DNA of 64,000 nt, taken from Chrysemys picta bellii (Eukaryota). Position 1 is the stretch's first letter. Every line of letters starts with the position of its first letter. This document shows, in pieces, positions 13,561 to 26,304 of the stretch. The position numbers and the translations under genes were made by a program. A model generated the notes under the pieces. The model was not told where the DNA came from. It worked only from the letters and a program-made list of their open reading frames with translations, and did no database searches. The stretch lies in assembly GCF_011386835.1 (NCBI RefSeq), contig NC_088800.1:8494001-8558000 (forward strand), given 5' to 3'.

Positions 13561-15602
13561 GTCACCACTAGACTATGTATAGGTCATTGCCTATGAGGTG
13601 CTGACTGTTCCCACTGAGGTCAATGAGAATGTAGAGTGATCAGTATCACAAAGGATTCAGACCTTCAGTTATATTCAAACAAGTCAGTGAAACAAGTAAT
13701 ACCAAATTTTGAGACAACTAACAGCAGAAGCATTTCTAATTGTTTTCCTTTAACATTCATCAACAAACCAGCCAAGTGCCTATCATGCTAATTGCAATAT
13801 ATTTTTCAGGCAACTTTTTTGAAGATTTCATCAGAACAATTTTGCCAAATTTATAGCAATGGTCCTCAGAAAACACAGATTTTATTCAGCCATTAATGAA
13901 AAAATATATTAAGCTGAAAATGAGAGAAATTTACAACAGGGGAAGCGAACTGTGTGGTTCACTCTACAGAACCAGTATATGTATAAATAAATACAATTCA
14001 TAATAAATTATGTTTATACTAACATTCCAGTTCTGAAAGTGCTCTTTATAGTCACAATTCTGTGGCAGGTCTATTACCCAAAAGTTTACTGTGTGTGAAA
14101 TTTTCTTTTCATAGCCTGCAGCACCTTACTGGCATGAATATTATACTATCATTATAATTTGAATAGGCCCCTGTGCCCAATTCCATTTTATTACAGTAAG
14201 TACATGTTAATTTAAAGGCATTTAAAATAAGAAAATTGATAGTTTCACATTCCTTTCTCTTAAGCAAAACTCCAAATGCCTATGAAGAACAATGAAGTGT
14301 ATTAACAGGACAGCATGACACAACGTCTAAGTGATTGACAGTGATGCATTATACAGTAAACGTGTACAGTATGCTAGCAATTTTATTTAACAGTGGAAAA
14401 ACAACAGGCTCTTATATATGAATGGTAATCAAATGTCCTTAAAATTTATATAATCTTAATAAGATACCTTATCGATAACCTTTTTTTTCAAAAGGGTGTG
14501 TGAAACTTTATGAAATTATTTTTAAATAAAATAAATACAATATCGCTGGAACTTGGAAATCCAAGCATAGAAACCATACACATCCAGACACGTGCATAAA
14601 TGGGCAGTGAAGCTACAAAACTGAGTAGCACAAACTGTGGCCCTCTCACCTTTTTGGTGGATTTCTTACTGTGCCAAGAGTCTATGACTGGAACTGTACC
14701 AGCCTCTTACATTCCTCATGTATCACAAGCCTACGGAGGGTCCAAAGGACTTCTCTCCCAAAATGGCTATGGGTGTGGCACGAAAAAATAGTTTGTGGGG
14801 AAAAAATCGATTTTTCAGCTAAACACTTAAAACAGAAAAGATTTCCACTAAAAAAATTTAAAAAATGGTTTTTGAGGAATAAAATTGAAAAAAAAAAATT
14901 GTTTGGCTACAAATGCATTGAAATAAATTTCAAAACCCCCTTTTTTGGCTCAATAATCAAAAGTAATTTAATATAATATTCAGCCATCTTTCCACAAAGG
15001 TTGTGGGGGATTGTGAGAAAAGTCTGACTCTCTCTTCCCATGGGATGAACAACCACTATTGTACCGCTTCACCAGGGAGACCAGGGAAGGAAAACAGCCT
15101 TTTTTCTCCACTAGGTTAACAAAGACCATTTGTAGGCTTCTCCTGCAAGTGCGGCTGGGGTGATGAAACAGAAATTGTGGAAATTAGGATGGTTTTTGGA
15201 GGAGTGGGGCAATATTTTAGGTAAGTCTATGGATTTGTAGTAGATATTGGGTAAAGTTGGTGGAGGGTTTTGTTGGAAGTGAGGAAGGGGTCTAAAACTG
15301 GATATGGCTATAGGTTTGGTTGCTTGGGGAAGAATGGAGGCGAGTTTTTTGTAGTTGGACAGGGACGAATTGTTGTGGTTGTTGCAAGGTCTGAGTGAGG
15401 TGAATCCAAACACAGTTTGTATGTGAAATTACTATAGGGAGTGGCTGGCTAATGGTCACTTTAACTGGTTAGGGACACTGGAAGGAAGCAGGAAATGGCA
15501 GATACTGTGAATGTGAAGGAGACGTGGGATGCAATCCTGGTGCTTAAGTGAGAAGTAATCATGGCTAAGTAAGGGTCCTTAAAGGAAAACAAGAAATGGA
15601 GT

Positions 15603-16344
15603 TGTCATAACTATAAAGGGAAAGGTAACAGCTGTCCTGTGTACAGTACTATAAAATCCCTCCTGGCCAGAGATTCCAAAATCCTTTTCCCTGTAAAGGG
15701 TTAAGAAGCTCAGGTAACCTGGCTGGCATCTGACCCAAAGGACCAATAAGGGGACAAGATACTTTCAAATCTTGGCGGGGGGGTGGGGTGTCTTTTTGTT
15801 TGTGCTCTTTGTTTGGGAGTCGTTCGCTCTTGGGACTGAGAGGGACCAGACATCAATCCAGGTTCTCCACATCTTTCTCAACAAGTCTCTCCTATTTCAA
15901 ACTTGTAAGTAAATAGCCAGGCAAGGCGTCTTAGTTTTACTTTGTTTTCTCAACTTGTAAATGTACCTTTTACTAGAGTGTTTATCTTTGTTTGCTGTAC
16001 TTTGAACCTGAGACTAGAGGGGGGTCCTCTGAGCTCTTTAAGTTTGATTACCCTGTAAGGTTAATTTCCATACTGATTTTACAGAGATGATTTTTACCTT
16101 TTTCTTTAATTAAAAGCCTTCTTTTTAAGAACCTGATTGATTTTTCCTTGTTTTAAGATCCAAGGGGTTTGGATCTGTATTCACCAGGGAATTGGTGAAG
16201 GTCTCTCAAGGCTACCCAGGGAAGGGAATTAGCTTTGGGATGGTGGCAGCGGACCAGACCTAAGCTGGTAGTTAAGCTTAGAAGTTTTCATGCAGGCCCC
16301 CACATTTGTACCCTAAAGTTCAGAGTGGGGATACAGCCTTGACA
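15603..16344. mobile_element. Solo LTR (742 bp)
   Basis: TGTCA...TGACA termini with a perfect 5-bp TSD GGAGT at 15598-15602 and 16345-16349. Confidence 0.85.
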
Positions 16345-19300
16345 GGAGTCTTGGTGAAAGTTTTAAGCATGCTTGAAATTAGGAAACATGCAATGTGGTA
16401 ATGTTAAAACTCACTGACAATACCTGATATTTATGAATCAAAAGACATATATATGAGCATTATAGACATGTAGGTACACACACAAAGCATGCATCTATAT
16501 TTTATGCTATATACACACACAGTCACATCTCTGAATACACAGGTGATGTAAAACTAATTCACATTTAAAGTAAGTGGGGAAAAGCACTTCAGTTTCCAGA
16601 GTAGGACATGAACAGAAATATTATTTAACATTTATATTACAATAGCACTCAAGGTCCCAATCAAAATCAGTGCCCCACTGTGCTAGGTGTTGTACAAGCA
16701 AATGAAGACGTGGGCCTTCTCTAAAGTGTTTACAATCCCAGGTCCCAACTCTGCAAATGCTTCAAGCAAGTGTATCTTTGCACCTGCACAGAATCCCAAT
16801 GACTTCTATGGGGATCTGCCCACACAGAGTGGCTGGCAGGAACTGGGTCTAAGAATACATACAAACAGTGGAGGAACAAGGATACAATCAAGTATGTATA
16901 ATATTTATACAAATATATACCTCTGCAATCAAAAAATATATTAAGTGTAAACTACCTCTGTGTGCCCCGTCAAACCAGTTGGCTGATTTCTTTCTGCTGT
17001 GGCACGAAATCTATGACTACCAGAAAACAGAGTGCCCAATGGGTGAAACTGACGTAGATGAGCGGCAGGTATATCAGGGGACCAATTCCATATATTCTAG
17101 CAGAATCTATGCAAACCCAGCATAACCCAACGAAGGAGGGAGGGTGATTAGAGGTGTGGCACGCCGACAGTCAGAACACCAGTGCAGGAATGCAAAGAGG
17201 TTGCGGTTCTTGACTCCAGCCAGTGGTTAAAACAGCAACAGCAGAGGAGTCACAGAATTGCTTTGTGTTTTGCCTAGTGGTCAAGGGATGGACTTAGCAT
17301 AATACAGGGGACTGTGCAAATTTAATCTTTGTGCCATGTGTGCATGAAAGAGAAATTTCACACAGTAATATAAGATTAATTGGGAGTACAATTAAACAGA
17401 TTTGAAAACAGATTCAATTTTAGTCTTCTAAAGGGTTAATCCTGAAGAAAAATGATTTGACAACAGTGTGATTTTGACATGACAGTACCCTTTTAATGGT
17501 ACATGGAACTATAAATACGACCTTTGTGTCTCAGGCCATTTTACTTGCAGATAATTATATCAGCATACTACACATTCAAACAGCTCCTTGTTATATTGTA
17601 GCTTGTGTTTATTATATATTAACTAGCAGTGTTTTATCACACATTAATATTTTCAATTTAACATTTGATATGGGATGCTTCAAATGTCTGTGATCCTTTT
17701 GAATCTCTATTTAGAGTGATCAACACTATCGTTGTAAACAATGGGCTTTTGTATTATTCATCCATTTTCCTTTTCGTGTATAGTATAGTTTAGTCTATTT
17801 TATGAGGCCATTTCCTGCACTCAGTTTTCAACTGTTTTGGTAGCTCATGTGTTAAATCTGGACTGTTTCTTCTTCCACACCCAATACAGTCATTTCCTGT
17901 AGCCCTTATTACAAGACTCTGCCAGTCCTTTAGAGAAGATTTTAGGCTTCTAATGGTGCTGTCAAAAACAACAAACCCTTTACCACTGCATTCTCTGTGG
18001 AGTATCTCACTCAGCAGTGGGGTAGACAGATTCAAAGCACTTTGCCATTTTAAATGCAAAACATAAAAATGTTTAGAAGCGTATTTTGTTTAGGGAGGGG
18101 AAAAAGCAACAGAATACCATCACATGTAATACATGCATTGATCTGTCTGTATCAAACAGACTCCACTGATAAATGTTTTGTGTGCTTGTTATAAATAACA
18201 TGTAAAGAGTGCAAAAGTGACATTAGTTAAAGATCCTGTATCAGAGTTGCGAAAGTATTTTAGAACAGATATTCCTAATTTTTAATTTAGGAAAAACATT
18301 CATTTGTTGTTAAGAATCCAACAAGCTGCTCTATTAGATATAGTACAACGTAACCCAAGAAAATCAAATGGTAAGTAAGGAGTGAAAGGGGAGCTAAAAG
18401 CAATATTTCTTTGCACAAGATCAGCAGCCAGAAACAGATAATGATTACAGGATGATGTAACTGTCTGGCAGTTTGCCAAACTGAAGCTTTAGTAACCCTA
18501 TATGTTCCATTTATTATTTTGTATAAGGAAAACTGCATTGTTTCCTTCCCATCCACAAAAGACCTTTTCAAATCCAATAATTTATTTTTTAATGGATGAT
18601 GAAGTTAAAAATGAAAATGGTGGGGGGGGGAAAAAAAGATTTAGAGCTACAATAGTTTATTTCCACTGGGGCAGTTTTATTAAATTTTCATTTATCTCAA
18701 CTCAGACTACTATAGTACTTTCAAAATACCGCAAAAGTAACAGACCATTATTACCAGTGCATGTTACCCTGCTTTTTTGGACAGGAAACAGGTTTTAATT
18801 TAGAGGTACTTGCTGTACTAACACTAAATGCTCAAAATTCCTATTCAACAACGGTGTACACAAATTCCTTCAGAAACTTAATACAGACTAATCTCATTTA
18901 TTGTCCTACAAGATCCAAGCATTGTCCAAGATTCATTTAAATCGGTGAGGCTCATATTTCACTACATAAATCACATCAGCTGAAACAATGAACACACGTG
19001 GCTGAAAAGTACTCTATGTTCTGATTACTACTCTAAGCATAAATTATAGTCTTTGATGTCATTAATCTTTTATTGTGGTTCGGCTTCAGAGAAATGGACT
19101 TGTTGTATATGGCTTGGAGAAGTTAATCACAGGCAATCCGCTAAACAATACAAGATAAGATAATCATATACACATTTTTATACCTCAAACAAATATGACA
19201 TACCATTGTCCATATCCTAAAAAAAGCAGTCGACATACGTGAATTTAAAAAATATCCACATTAAATCAACTAACCCAAAATAGTGCTGTAGCAAAAAGAT

Positions 19301-19937
19301 ATTTCAATATTTTTATACAAGTAATAAATATTCTGGTAGAAAAAGCTTAAGTATCAAAAACAAGAAAATTACTAAAATCAGCACTTGTCAATGTCATCAA
19401 TGTGGCCATTTCAAATAAAGACAGTTCCAGTAAGGTAATGAAAGTAATTAAAACACACACACACCCCACCACCACTTCTTACCCCCTTGAAGAAAAACAT
19501 TGCAGGGATGGCAGACAGAAGCTGTAGTCATAGGAGTGGTACAAATTTCAGCTCTCATCAAGAGGGAAATATCTATACTTATATTTCACTGCTTTTAAGA
19601 AGTGTATGCTTTCCTCCATTTGTGGAATAGTGGTATTAGGACAACTCAAAGTGGAAATAAATATACTTTGTATTATCACTGACACTTAAATACTGGTGAT
19701 TAGAGAAAGTATAGCTCTAATCATACCATTAAGACACACCTCTGCCATTAGTGGAAGTGTATGAAAAAATAATTTAGGAAGGACTTACATCTTTAAAGAC
19801 AAGATTTTCAAAAATAATGATGGGATCTTCAGAAATGCCCAAGTAACTTAAGGAAGTAAGTCCCATTGGCTTTGAAAGTCAAGGGGATTTGTGCTTCTTA
19901 GTAAAGTTAAACAAATAAGAGACCTGATTTTCTAGAG

Positions 19938-20271
19938 CAGGGATTGGCAACCTCTGGCACGCGGCTCACCAGGGTAAGCACCCTGGCGGGCCGGGCCAGT
20001 TTATTTACCTGCTGACATGCAGATTCGGCCGATCGCAGCCCCCACTGGCCACAGTTCGCCATCCCAGGCCAATAGGGGCTGCGGGAAGCGGCGCTGGAGA
20101 GGAATGTGCTGGCCGTGGCTTCCCCATCGCCCCTATTGGCCTGGGACAGCAAACTGTGGCCAGTGGGGGCCGCGATCGGCCGAACCTGCCGCGTCAGCAG
20201 GTAAATAAACTGGCCCGGCCCGCTAGGGTGCTTACCCTGGCGAGCCGTGTGCCAGAGGTTGTCGACCCCTG
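19938..20271. mobile_element. hAT MITE (CAGGGATTGGCAAC termini)
   Basis: TSD TTCTAGAG at 19930-19937 and 20272-20279. Confidence 0.9.
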
Positions 20272-20279
20272 TTCTAGAG

Positions 20280-20461
20280 CAGTGGTTCTCAAAGCCAGTC
20301 CGCAGCTTGTTCAGGGAAAGCCCCCTGGGGCTGGGGCAGCGAACCGCAGCCAGTGGGAGCCGCGATCGGCCAAACCTGCGGACGCGGCTGGTAAACAAAC
20401 CGGCCTGGCCCACCAGGGGGCTTTCCTTGAACAAGCGGAGGACCGACTTTGAGAACCACTG
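20280..20461. mobile_element. hAT MITE (CAGTGGTTCTCAAAG termini), half core
   Basis: TIRs CAGTGGTTCTCAAAG / CTTTGAGAACCACTG. TSD TTCTAGAG at 20272-20279 and 20462-20469. Confidence 0.88.
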
Positions 20462-21572
20462 TTCTAGAGTGCTGAATACCCAGCAACTCCCATTTTTTAA
20501 AATCTTGGTGTTACAGCTGTATGGTAAGATGAGAGGCTGCACTTTCAGAACCATTTTATATTTAAATGAAACTTCTGGGAGAGACAAAAACCCACCATTC
20601 AGAAAGCCACAACAATAACAACAACAAAAAACACTTATAACTTTTATTTTTCTGACAGCTTTCAAATCTGAATGCTATCAGCCTAAGAGTGGAGCAGAGA
20701 AATTAGAGGCTGAAAACGTCTGTTACATCATCTGTCCAAACCCTTTCAAAGCCTGGCTTTTCACTACAGCAAATTGAAATGCTTTATTTGGTCTCAAGTA
20801 GGGCTCCTAGTTTTCCATGTACTTCCTTTATTTTACTGACACACCACTATTAGATTTACATTGGAACCCTATTAAACACAGGACAAGTTCACGGTCATCT
20901 CAAACATTTGCCACATTTGCATAGCAAATGTGAACTGCACTTCCTTTTTCTTTTAATTTCTTTTAACCTCACCATGGCATCTGGTGACATTTTGTTCTTT
21001 GCCCATGAGAAGTAAAGACTTGCAGTTTCTAGCCATCACAAGCACTGGAATTGGGTCACCAACACATTTTACACTGTTTGAATTAGTTTGCACCTAATGA
21101 ACACAGTCTGCTAGCTGCCAACTTTTTCTCTGAAACGGAAACTCCACAACAGGAAGAAAAAAAGAAGCCAAACTTAACATACATTTTTAAGCAGCTATAA
21201 TCTGCCAAATGAAAATGTTTTCACTAAAAGGTACACCAGCAACATGTCTCTGCCAAAATACATTTCTATTACTCTTCAATGTTGAAAATGGCTGAACCAT
21301 TTTTTCTGAGACTTTTAAAAAAAACTTGCCCCAGCCTGTATTAAATTTTCATATGAAATGCAGAACTTTGACAAAATTCTGAGCGACTGAAAGCAGCCCT
21401 CTAAAATGAAAATGCTTGTTCAACCTTACCTACAACTATTACTGTATGCTCCACCTACAATCAGTCTTACAAAATGGTTGTGAAATTTGCCAGCCCAGAA
21501 ACATCTAATTTGCCAATCCTTACCATGGTGATAGTTTTACTCGCCATTAAAAAAAAAAAGCTGCTGTCCATG

Positions 21573-21825
21573 CAGGGCCGGCTCCAGGGTTTTTGCTGCC
21601 CCAAGAAGGGGAAAAAACAAACAAACAAACAAAAAAAGCCGTGATCGCGATCAGCTCTACCGCCGCCGCTTCAGTCTTCGGCGGCAATTTGGCGGCTGGT
21701 CCTTCGCTCTGAGACGGAGCGAGGGACCTGCCGCTGAACTGCCGCCGAAGAGCCGGACGTGCCGCCCCTCTCCGTTGGCCTCCCCAAGTACCTACTTGCT
21801 GGGCTGGTGCCTGGAGCCTGCTCTG
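21573..21825. mobile_element. hAT MITE (CAGGGCCGGCTCCAGG termini)
   Basis: 8-bp TSD TGTCCATG at 21565-21572 and 21826-21833. Its internal sequence differs from the shared palindromic core. Confidence 0.85.
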
Positions 21826-23864
21826 TGTCCATGGACAAACAGAATATTAGAAAGCTATTGTATATCTGCATCTTTTTTTCTCTGAGGTTGGCAGATTGCT
21901 TGTTGAAGCAATCCACATCAACTTCATTGAAGTCACACAGGATGGGAGGGGAAAATGTGTTTGGGATAAATGTGCAGCTCTTTTCTGGATCTTCCTTGCC
22001 TTTAGTTGAACTGAGCCCTAAGTGAGCCAGGATAAGGTATCAGCTTTTACCCACAATCACCTTCAAGGGTTTTCATAATTGGATAAGAATATATAAAATG
22101 ATGGTTTATCTGTAAGGCTTGGCGGGATTCAATTTTTATTTTTTACAATTTTGATGGATATTTATGTTTATTTTTAAGCCTTTTTTCTATTTAAATTTTC
22201 ACAGTTGTGCAAAACTATTGATTTTAAGGATTTTTTCCTATTTTTATTAGCACCCATCCACTGCTCTTGGTGCCGATCCCATAAATGAAAAGTCACAAAA
22301 TAAACCAAGGCCTGTCAATAAATCTCTCTCTCTCAGCCCTCCCTATCCCTCAACAGCCTTAAAGAAGGGGGAAAAGGCTAAGCTTTTTGGAAAGCTTTCA
22401 TCAATAACTGTTTAGAAAAAATATGACCAATAATCATTACAAATTGTTTTAATTAGCTGACATTAACAACTTGTCACAGTTCATACCTTAGTTACAGTGG
22501 CCCAAGCTTCAACTGGAAAGTTAGCCAACAGAGTGAACCTGCTTATGCGCTGGCCACTTTGTGTGTTTGTTGCTGGGCTACAATTAAGAGCTCTGGGACA
22601 AAGAGGGTTAATTTACGCCAGCCACTCCATTTCAAAAGGTATATAGCAAGTCATAGCAGGGTATTGTGTACTAATGGCTCAGTGATATGGCATCATCTGA
22701 ATGTTTCTGAAGTTCTGCTGGAGATACATTTTGCAAATCCCCCACCAACACAAGAGTTGTACAGTCATCATTTAGTTTCAACTGTCATTTGAGTGAAAAA
22801 CTTCTGAGCAATGGGGGGTTATATTCTGGAAAATAAAGATGATGACCACCATAATTTGTTACCATACACCAGCTCCTTAAAATGTTTACTTTAGGATCCA
22901 ATCAGAAAACACTAAGTCATTAAGAATGTTCATGAAGTTCATGTAGGTATAGGCAATACTTTAACGCAGTATATTGTTTTCACTTAAGGGCAATTTCTAA
23001 TTCACATCTGTAGTATCTATAACACTCAAGAAGTGGTACCTATAATAGGATATGGCCCTTAGTTTCATAGCTATGCTTCACTGTTTTTTTGCTGAGTGCA
23101 TGAATGAAGCTTAGAAACTTGAGGCCTAATTTGGGAGAAAAGGACTGAATCTAGTCCTAACAACATAGGACTGTTTATAAGTAGGTCCTTTTCTTAATAA
23201 GCTGATCTCTGAAACACAGGAGAAAATCACTATCTGGGATCCCATCATGTCTAATGATAACCTTGCTCTTCATTTCCCCCCTAAATTAAAAGGTTTCTTT
23301 CTTAGAATTTTTTTCTTAGAATTAAAAGGTTTTCATAGAATTTCTTGAGCTTCTGGGTGCATGAAGGAAACATTTGTTGCATGTGGCCCAAGGTGGAGGC
23401 AGAGGGGAGAGTCAAACCAGCACTTTTACCCTACTAATTTAAGCACTACTCATTTATAAACTTCTTGAGCTCTGATTTTTATCTGGGAAGATCTTTTTTC
23501 CCAGTTGCCAGATTATTATTTGGCCATTACTTATGTGAGTATCTCCAGTGGTTTCTCTGATGGATAACTCTTGCTATGTTCTATTTCTGGGGCTGACCAA
23601 GTATATTCCCGAATTGGTCCTCAGCCACCAAATCAATATCTTGAGATGGAAGAAACACCAGGGAGCCAGATGATTGGTATTTATGTTGCCTTCCTGTAAT
23701 ATGATAGAATGGAACCTGGATGTCTCCATGCCATTACTGCATAAATCTGAAATCTGTGTTATATTTTATGCAAGTAAGAAACTCTTATGAATGTAAGACA
23801 TCACTACAGTATTGTTGTTAAAATACTAATTTGGGGCACTCTGGTTTAAAGGAGCTCCACAGTA

Positions 23865-24562
23865 TCATAAAAATGTAGGGATGAAAGGGAATTCAAGAGG
23901 TCATCTAGCCTAGCCCATCCCACTGTGCTGAGGCAGAATTAAGTATACCTATATCATCCCTTATAGATGTTTGTCTAATCTGTTCTTAAAAACCTCCAAC
24001 AACAAGGATTCCACAACCTCCTGTATTTTACTATCCTTATAGTTAGAAAGTTTTTCCTAATATCTAACCTAAATCTTTCTTGCTGCAAAGTTAATCTGAT
24101 TACTTTTAGTCCCACATTCTGTGGATATGGCGAACAATTGATCACCGTCCTCTTTATAACCACCCTTAACCTATTGAAGATTGTTTTCCTCCTGGGTCTT
24201 TTTTTCTCAAGATTCAACATGCCCAGCTTTTTTAAGCTTTCCTCATACGGCAGATTTTTTAAATTCCTAATAATTTTTGTTGTCCTCCTCTGGACTCTCA
24301 CCCATTTTTTCACATCTTAAAGTATGGTGCCCAAAACTGGACACAGTACTTCAGCTGAGACCTCACCAGAACGAAGTATAGTGGAACAATTACCTCCCAG
24401 GTCTTACATACGGCACTCCTGTTAATACATCCCAGAATGACATTTGCCTTTTTTGCAACAGCATCACGCTGTGGATTCATTCAATTTTTGATCCACTATT
24501 ACCCCATTTTTTTCTGCAGTACCACTACCTAACCAGTTATTCCCTATTTTTTATCTGTGCAA
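23865..24562 (-). mobile_element. CR1 LINE 3' fragment (part 1 of a split copy)
   Basis: ORF 23975..24313 (VQRRTTKIIR...[15 protein letters not shown]) followed by CR1 3' UTR sequence. Confidence 0.9.
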
Positions 24563-24568
24563 GATATA

Positions 24569-25930
24569 CTGTATATACTCGTTCATTAGCTCGTTCGTTT
24601 ATAAACCGACGCCCCAAGATGGTTTGGTAAAAATAGCAAAAACTCTATGACCCTTCATAAGCCGACCCTATATTTCAGGGGTTGCAAACTTTGGCTCCCG
24701 GCCCGTGAGGGTAAGCCGCTGGTGGGTCGGGACATTTTGTTTACTTGGAGCGTCTGCAGGCATGGAGCCCCTCAGCTCCCAGTGTCTGCGGTTTGCCGTT
24801 CCCAGCCAATGGGAGCTGCAGGAAGTGACTGATGCGACAAACACTGACGGCTTTACTGACTTGTATTTGTTGTCTTTCGACATTTGCGGAGCACGCAGAC
24901 GAATTCCAGTTCTAATGACAATGTACCCATTTTGTCGACATTCAACATTCGACATTCAACAACCCAATTACTGAGATCTTTCTGTAGCTCAGGAAATGAA
25001 GCGCACCACAATGGACATTTTTTTCTTGCTTCTTAGCATGTCTTTTAGTCTTTTATTTTTTCGCCATTCTCTTACTTGCTTCTCATTGATACAGAATACA
25101 CAAGAAGTGGCACAATTATTGTTTGCTTTTACATATTCAACAACTAAGTTTGAATGCTGCATGATAAGACAACCTTTTTCTTTTGATTTCACCATTGTTC
25201 ATTTTAAATACTAGTATGAAAATAGATTATCGTAGTTATAGATTTTGTAGGACTTTATATAGGAACGTCACTTGCTTTATCACTGTCAAATTATTATTGA
25301 TCTTTGTTTATTTCAAAGCAGCCCTGTAGATGGCATGTCTGTAGGGATAACAGGCTAATTTCAATTTTATTAAAGATTGCATCGATTCTGCACGTTATAT
25401 TTTCATATTGGCTCGAGACTTATGTGGTCCATTGGTAGAAATGCACGAAGAGATCAAATTACACAGTAGCGGACTGACACCAGTGCTATGGTACTATCGT
25501 TCATTGCATTTTTCTGATTAGTTTGTAAGGCATAGCATTTTGTGAAATGCATGGGTCAAATGTCATGCAGATCTGTGGCACTGCTCTTTTAGTATTCCTT
25601 TCAACCCAATCTAGTCCACTAAACAAAACGTTTGCAGCTTTAAAAGGCTGCAGTATTGACATCAATAAATGGGTCAGCAATCTTTGGCTCCCAGCCTGTC
25701 AGGATGTTTTGTTTACTTGGAGTGTCTGCAGGCATGGAGCACCTCAGCTCCCTGTGGCCGTGGTTCGCCGTTCCCAGCCAATGGGCGTGCCACTTCCCAC
25801 AGCTCCCACTGGCTGGGAATGGCGAACTGCAGCCACAGGGGCTCCATGCCTGCAGACGGTCAAGGTAAACAAAACGACAATGTATTAGATATCAATTACA
25901 ATGATATTCTATAAAGACATGTAAAGTATT
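24569..25930 (-). mobile_element. Tc2/pogo-like (TcMar) DNA transposon, internally deleted, with a Brinker-type DNA-binding-domain remnant
   Basis: Terminus TA|CTGTATATACTCGTTCATTAG matches the 10971 element. Minus-strand peptide LVVEYVKANNNCATSCVFCINEKQVREWRKNK (24989-25195) resembles the BrkDBD of POGK-type transposases. Confidence 0.7.
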
Positions 25931-25931
25931 A

Positions 25932-26300
25932 CCGTATATACTCGTTCATAAGCCTAATTTTTTGGTAAAAAAGTGACGCATCAAAGAGCGGGGGTTGGCT
26001 TATAAACGGGTCTACACCAAAATCTGATGATTTTAATCTCTATGGAATCATTGAATTGAATATCTAATACATTGTCGTTTTGTTTACCTTGACCGTCTGC
26101 AGGCATGGAACCACAGCTCCCTGTGGCTGCAGTTTGCCGTTCCCAGCCAATGGGAGCTGTGGGAAGTGGCGCGCCCATTGGCTGGGAACGGCGAACTACG
26201 GCCAAAGGGAGCTGGGGGGCTCCATACCTGCAGACGGTCAAGGTAAACAAAATGACAATATCTTAGATTTTAAACTCTATGGAATCATTGAATTGAATAT
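25932..26300. mobile_element. Inverted terminal arm of the same Tc2-like family (fold-back duplication)
   Basis: Starts TA|CCGTATATACTCGTTCATAAGCC and is the reverse complement of 11636-11774. Segment 26059-26200 is an inverted copy of ~25790-25895. Confidence 0.75.
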
Positions 26301-26304
26301 CATA

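Noticed and set aside
15111-15413. 100-aa minus-strand ORF rich in P/N/H/S
   Set aside because: Compositional strand skew typical of a very old LINE (possibly L2) remnant. No recognisable domain or splice support.
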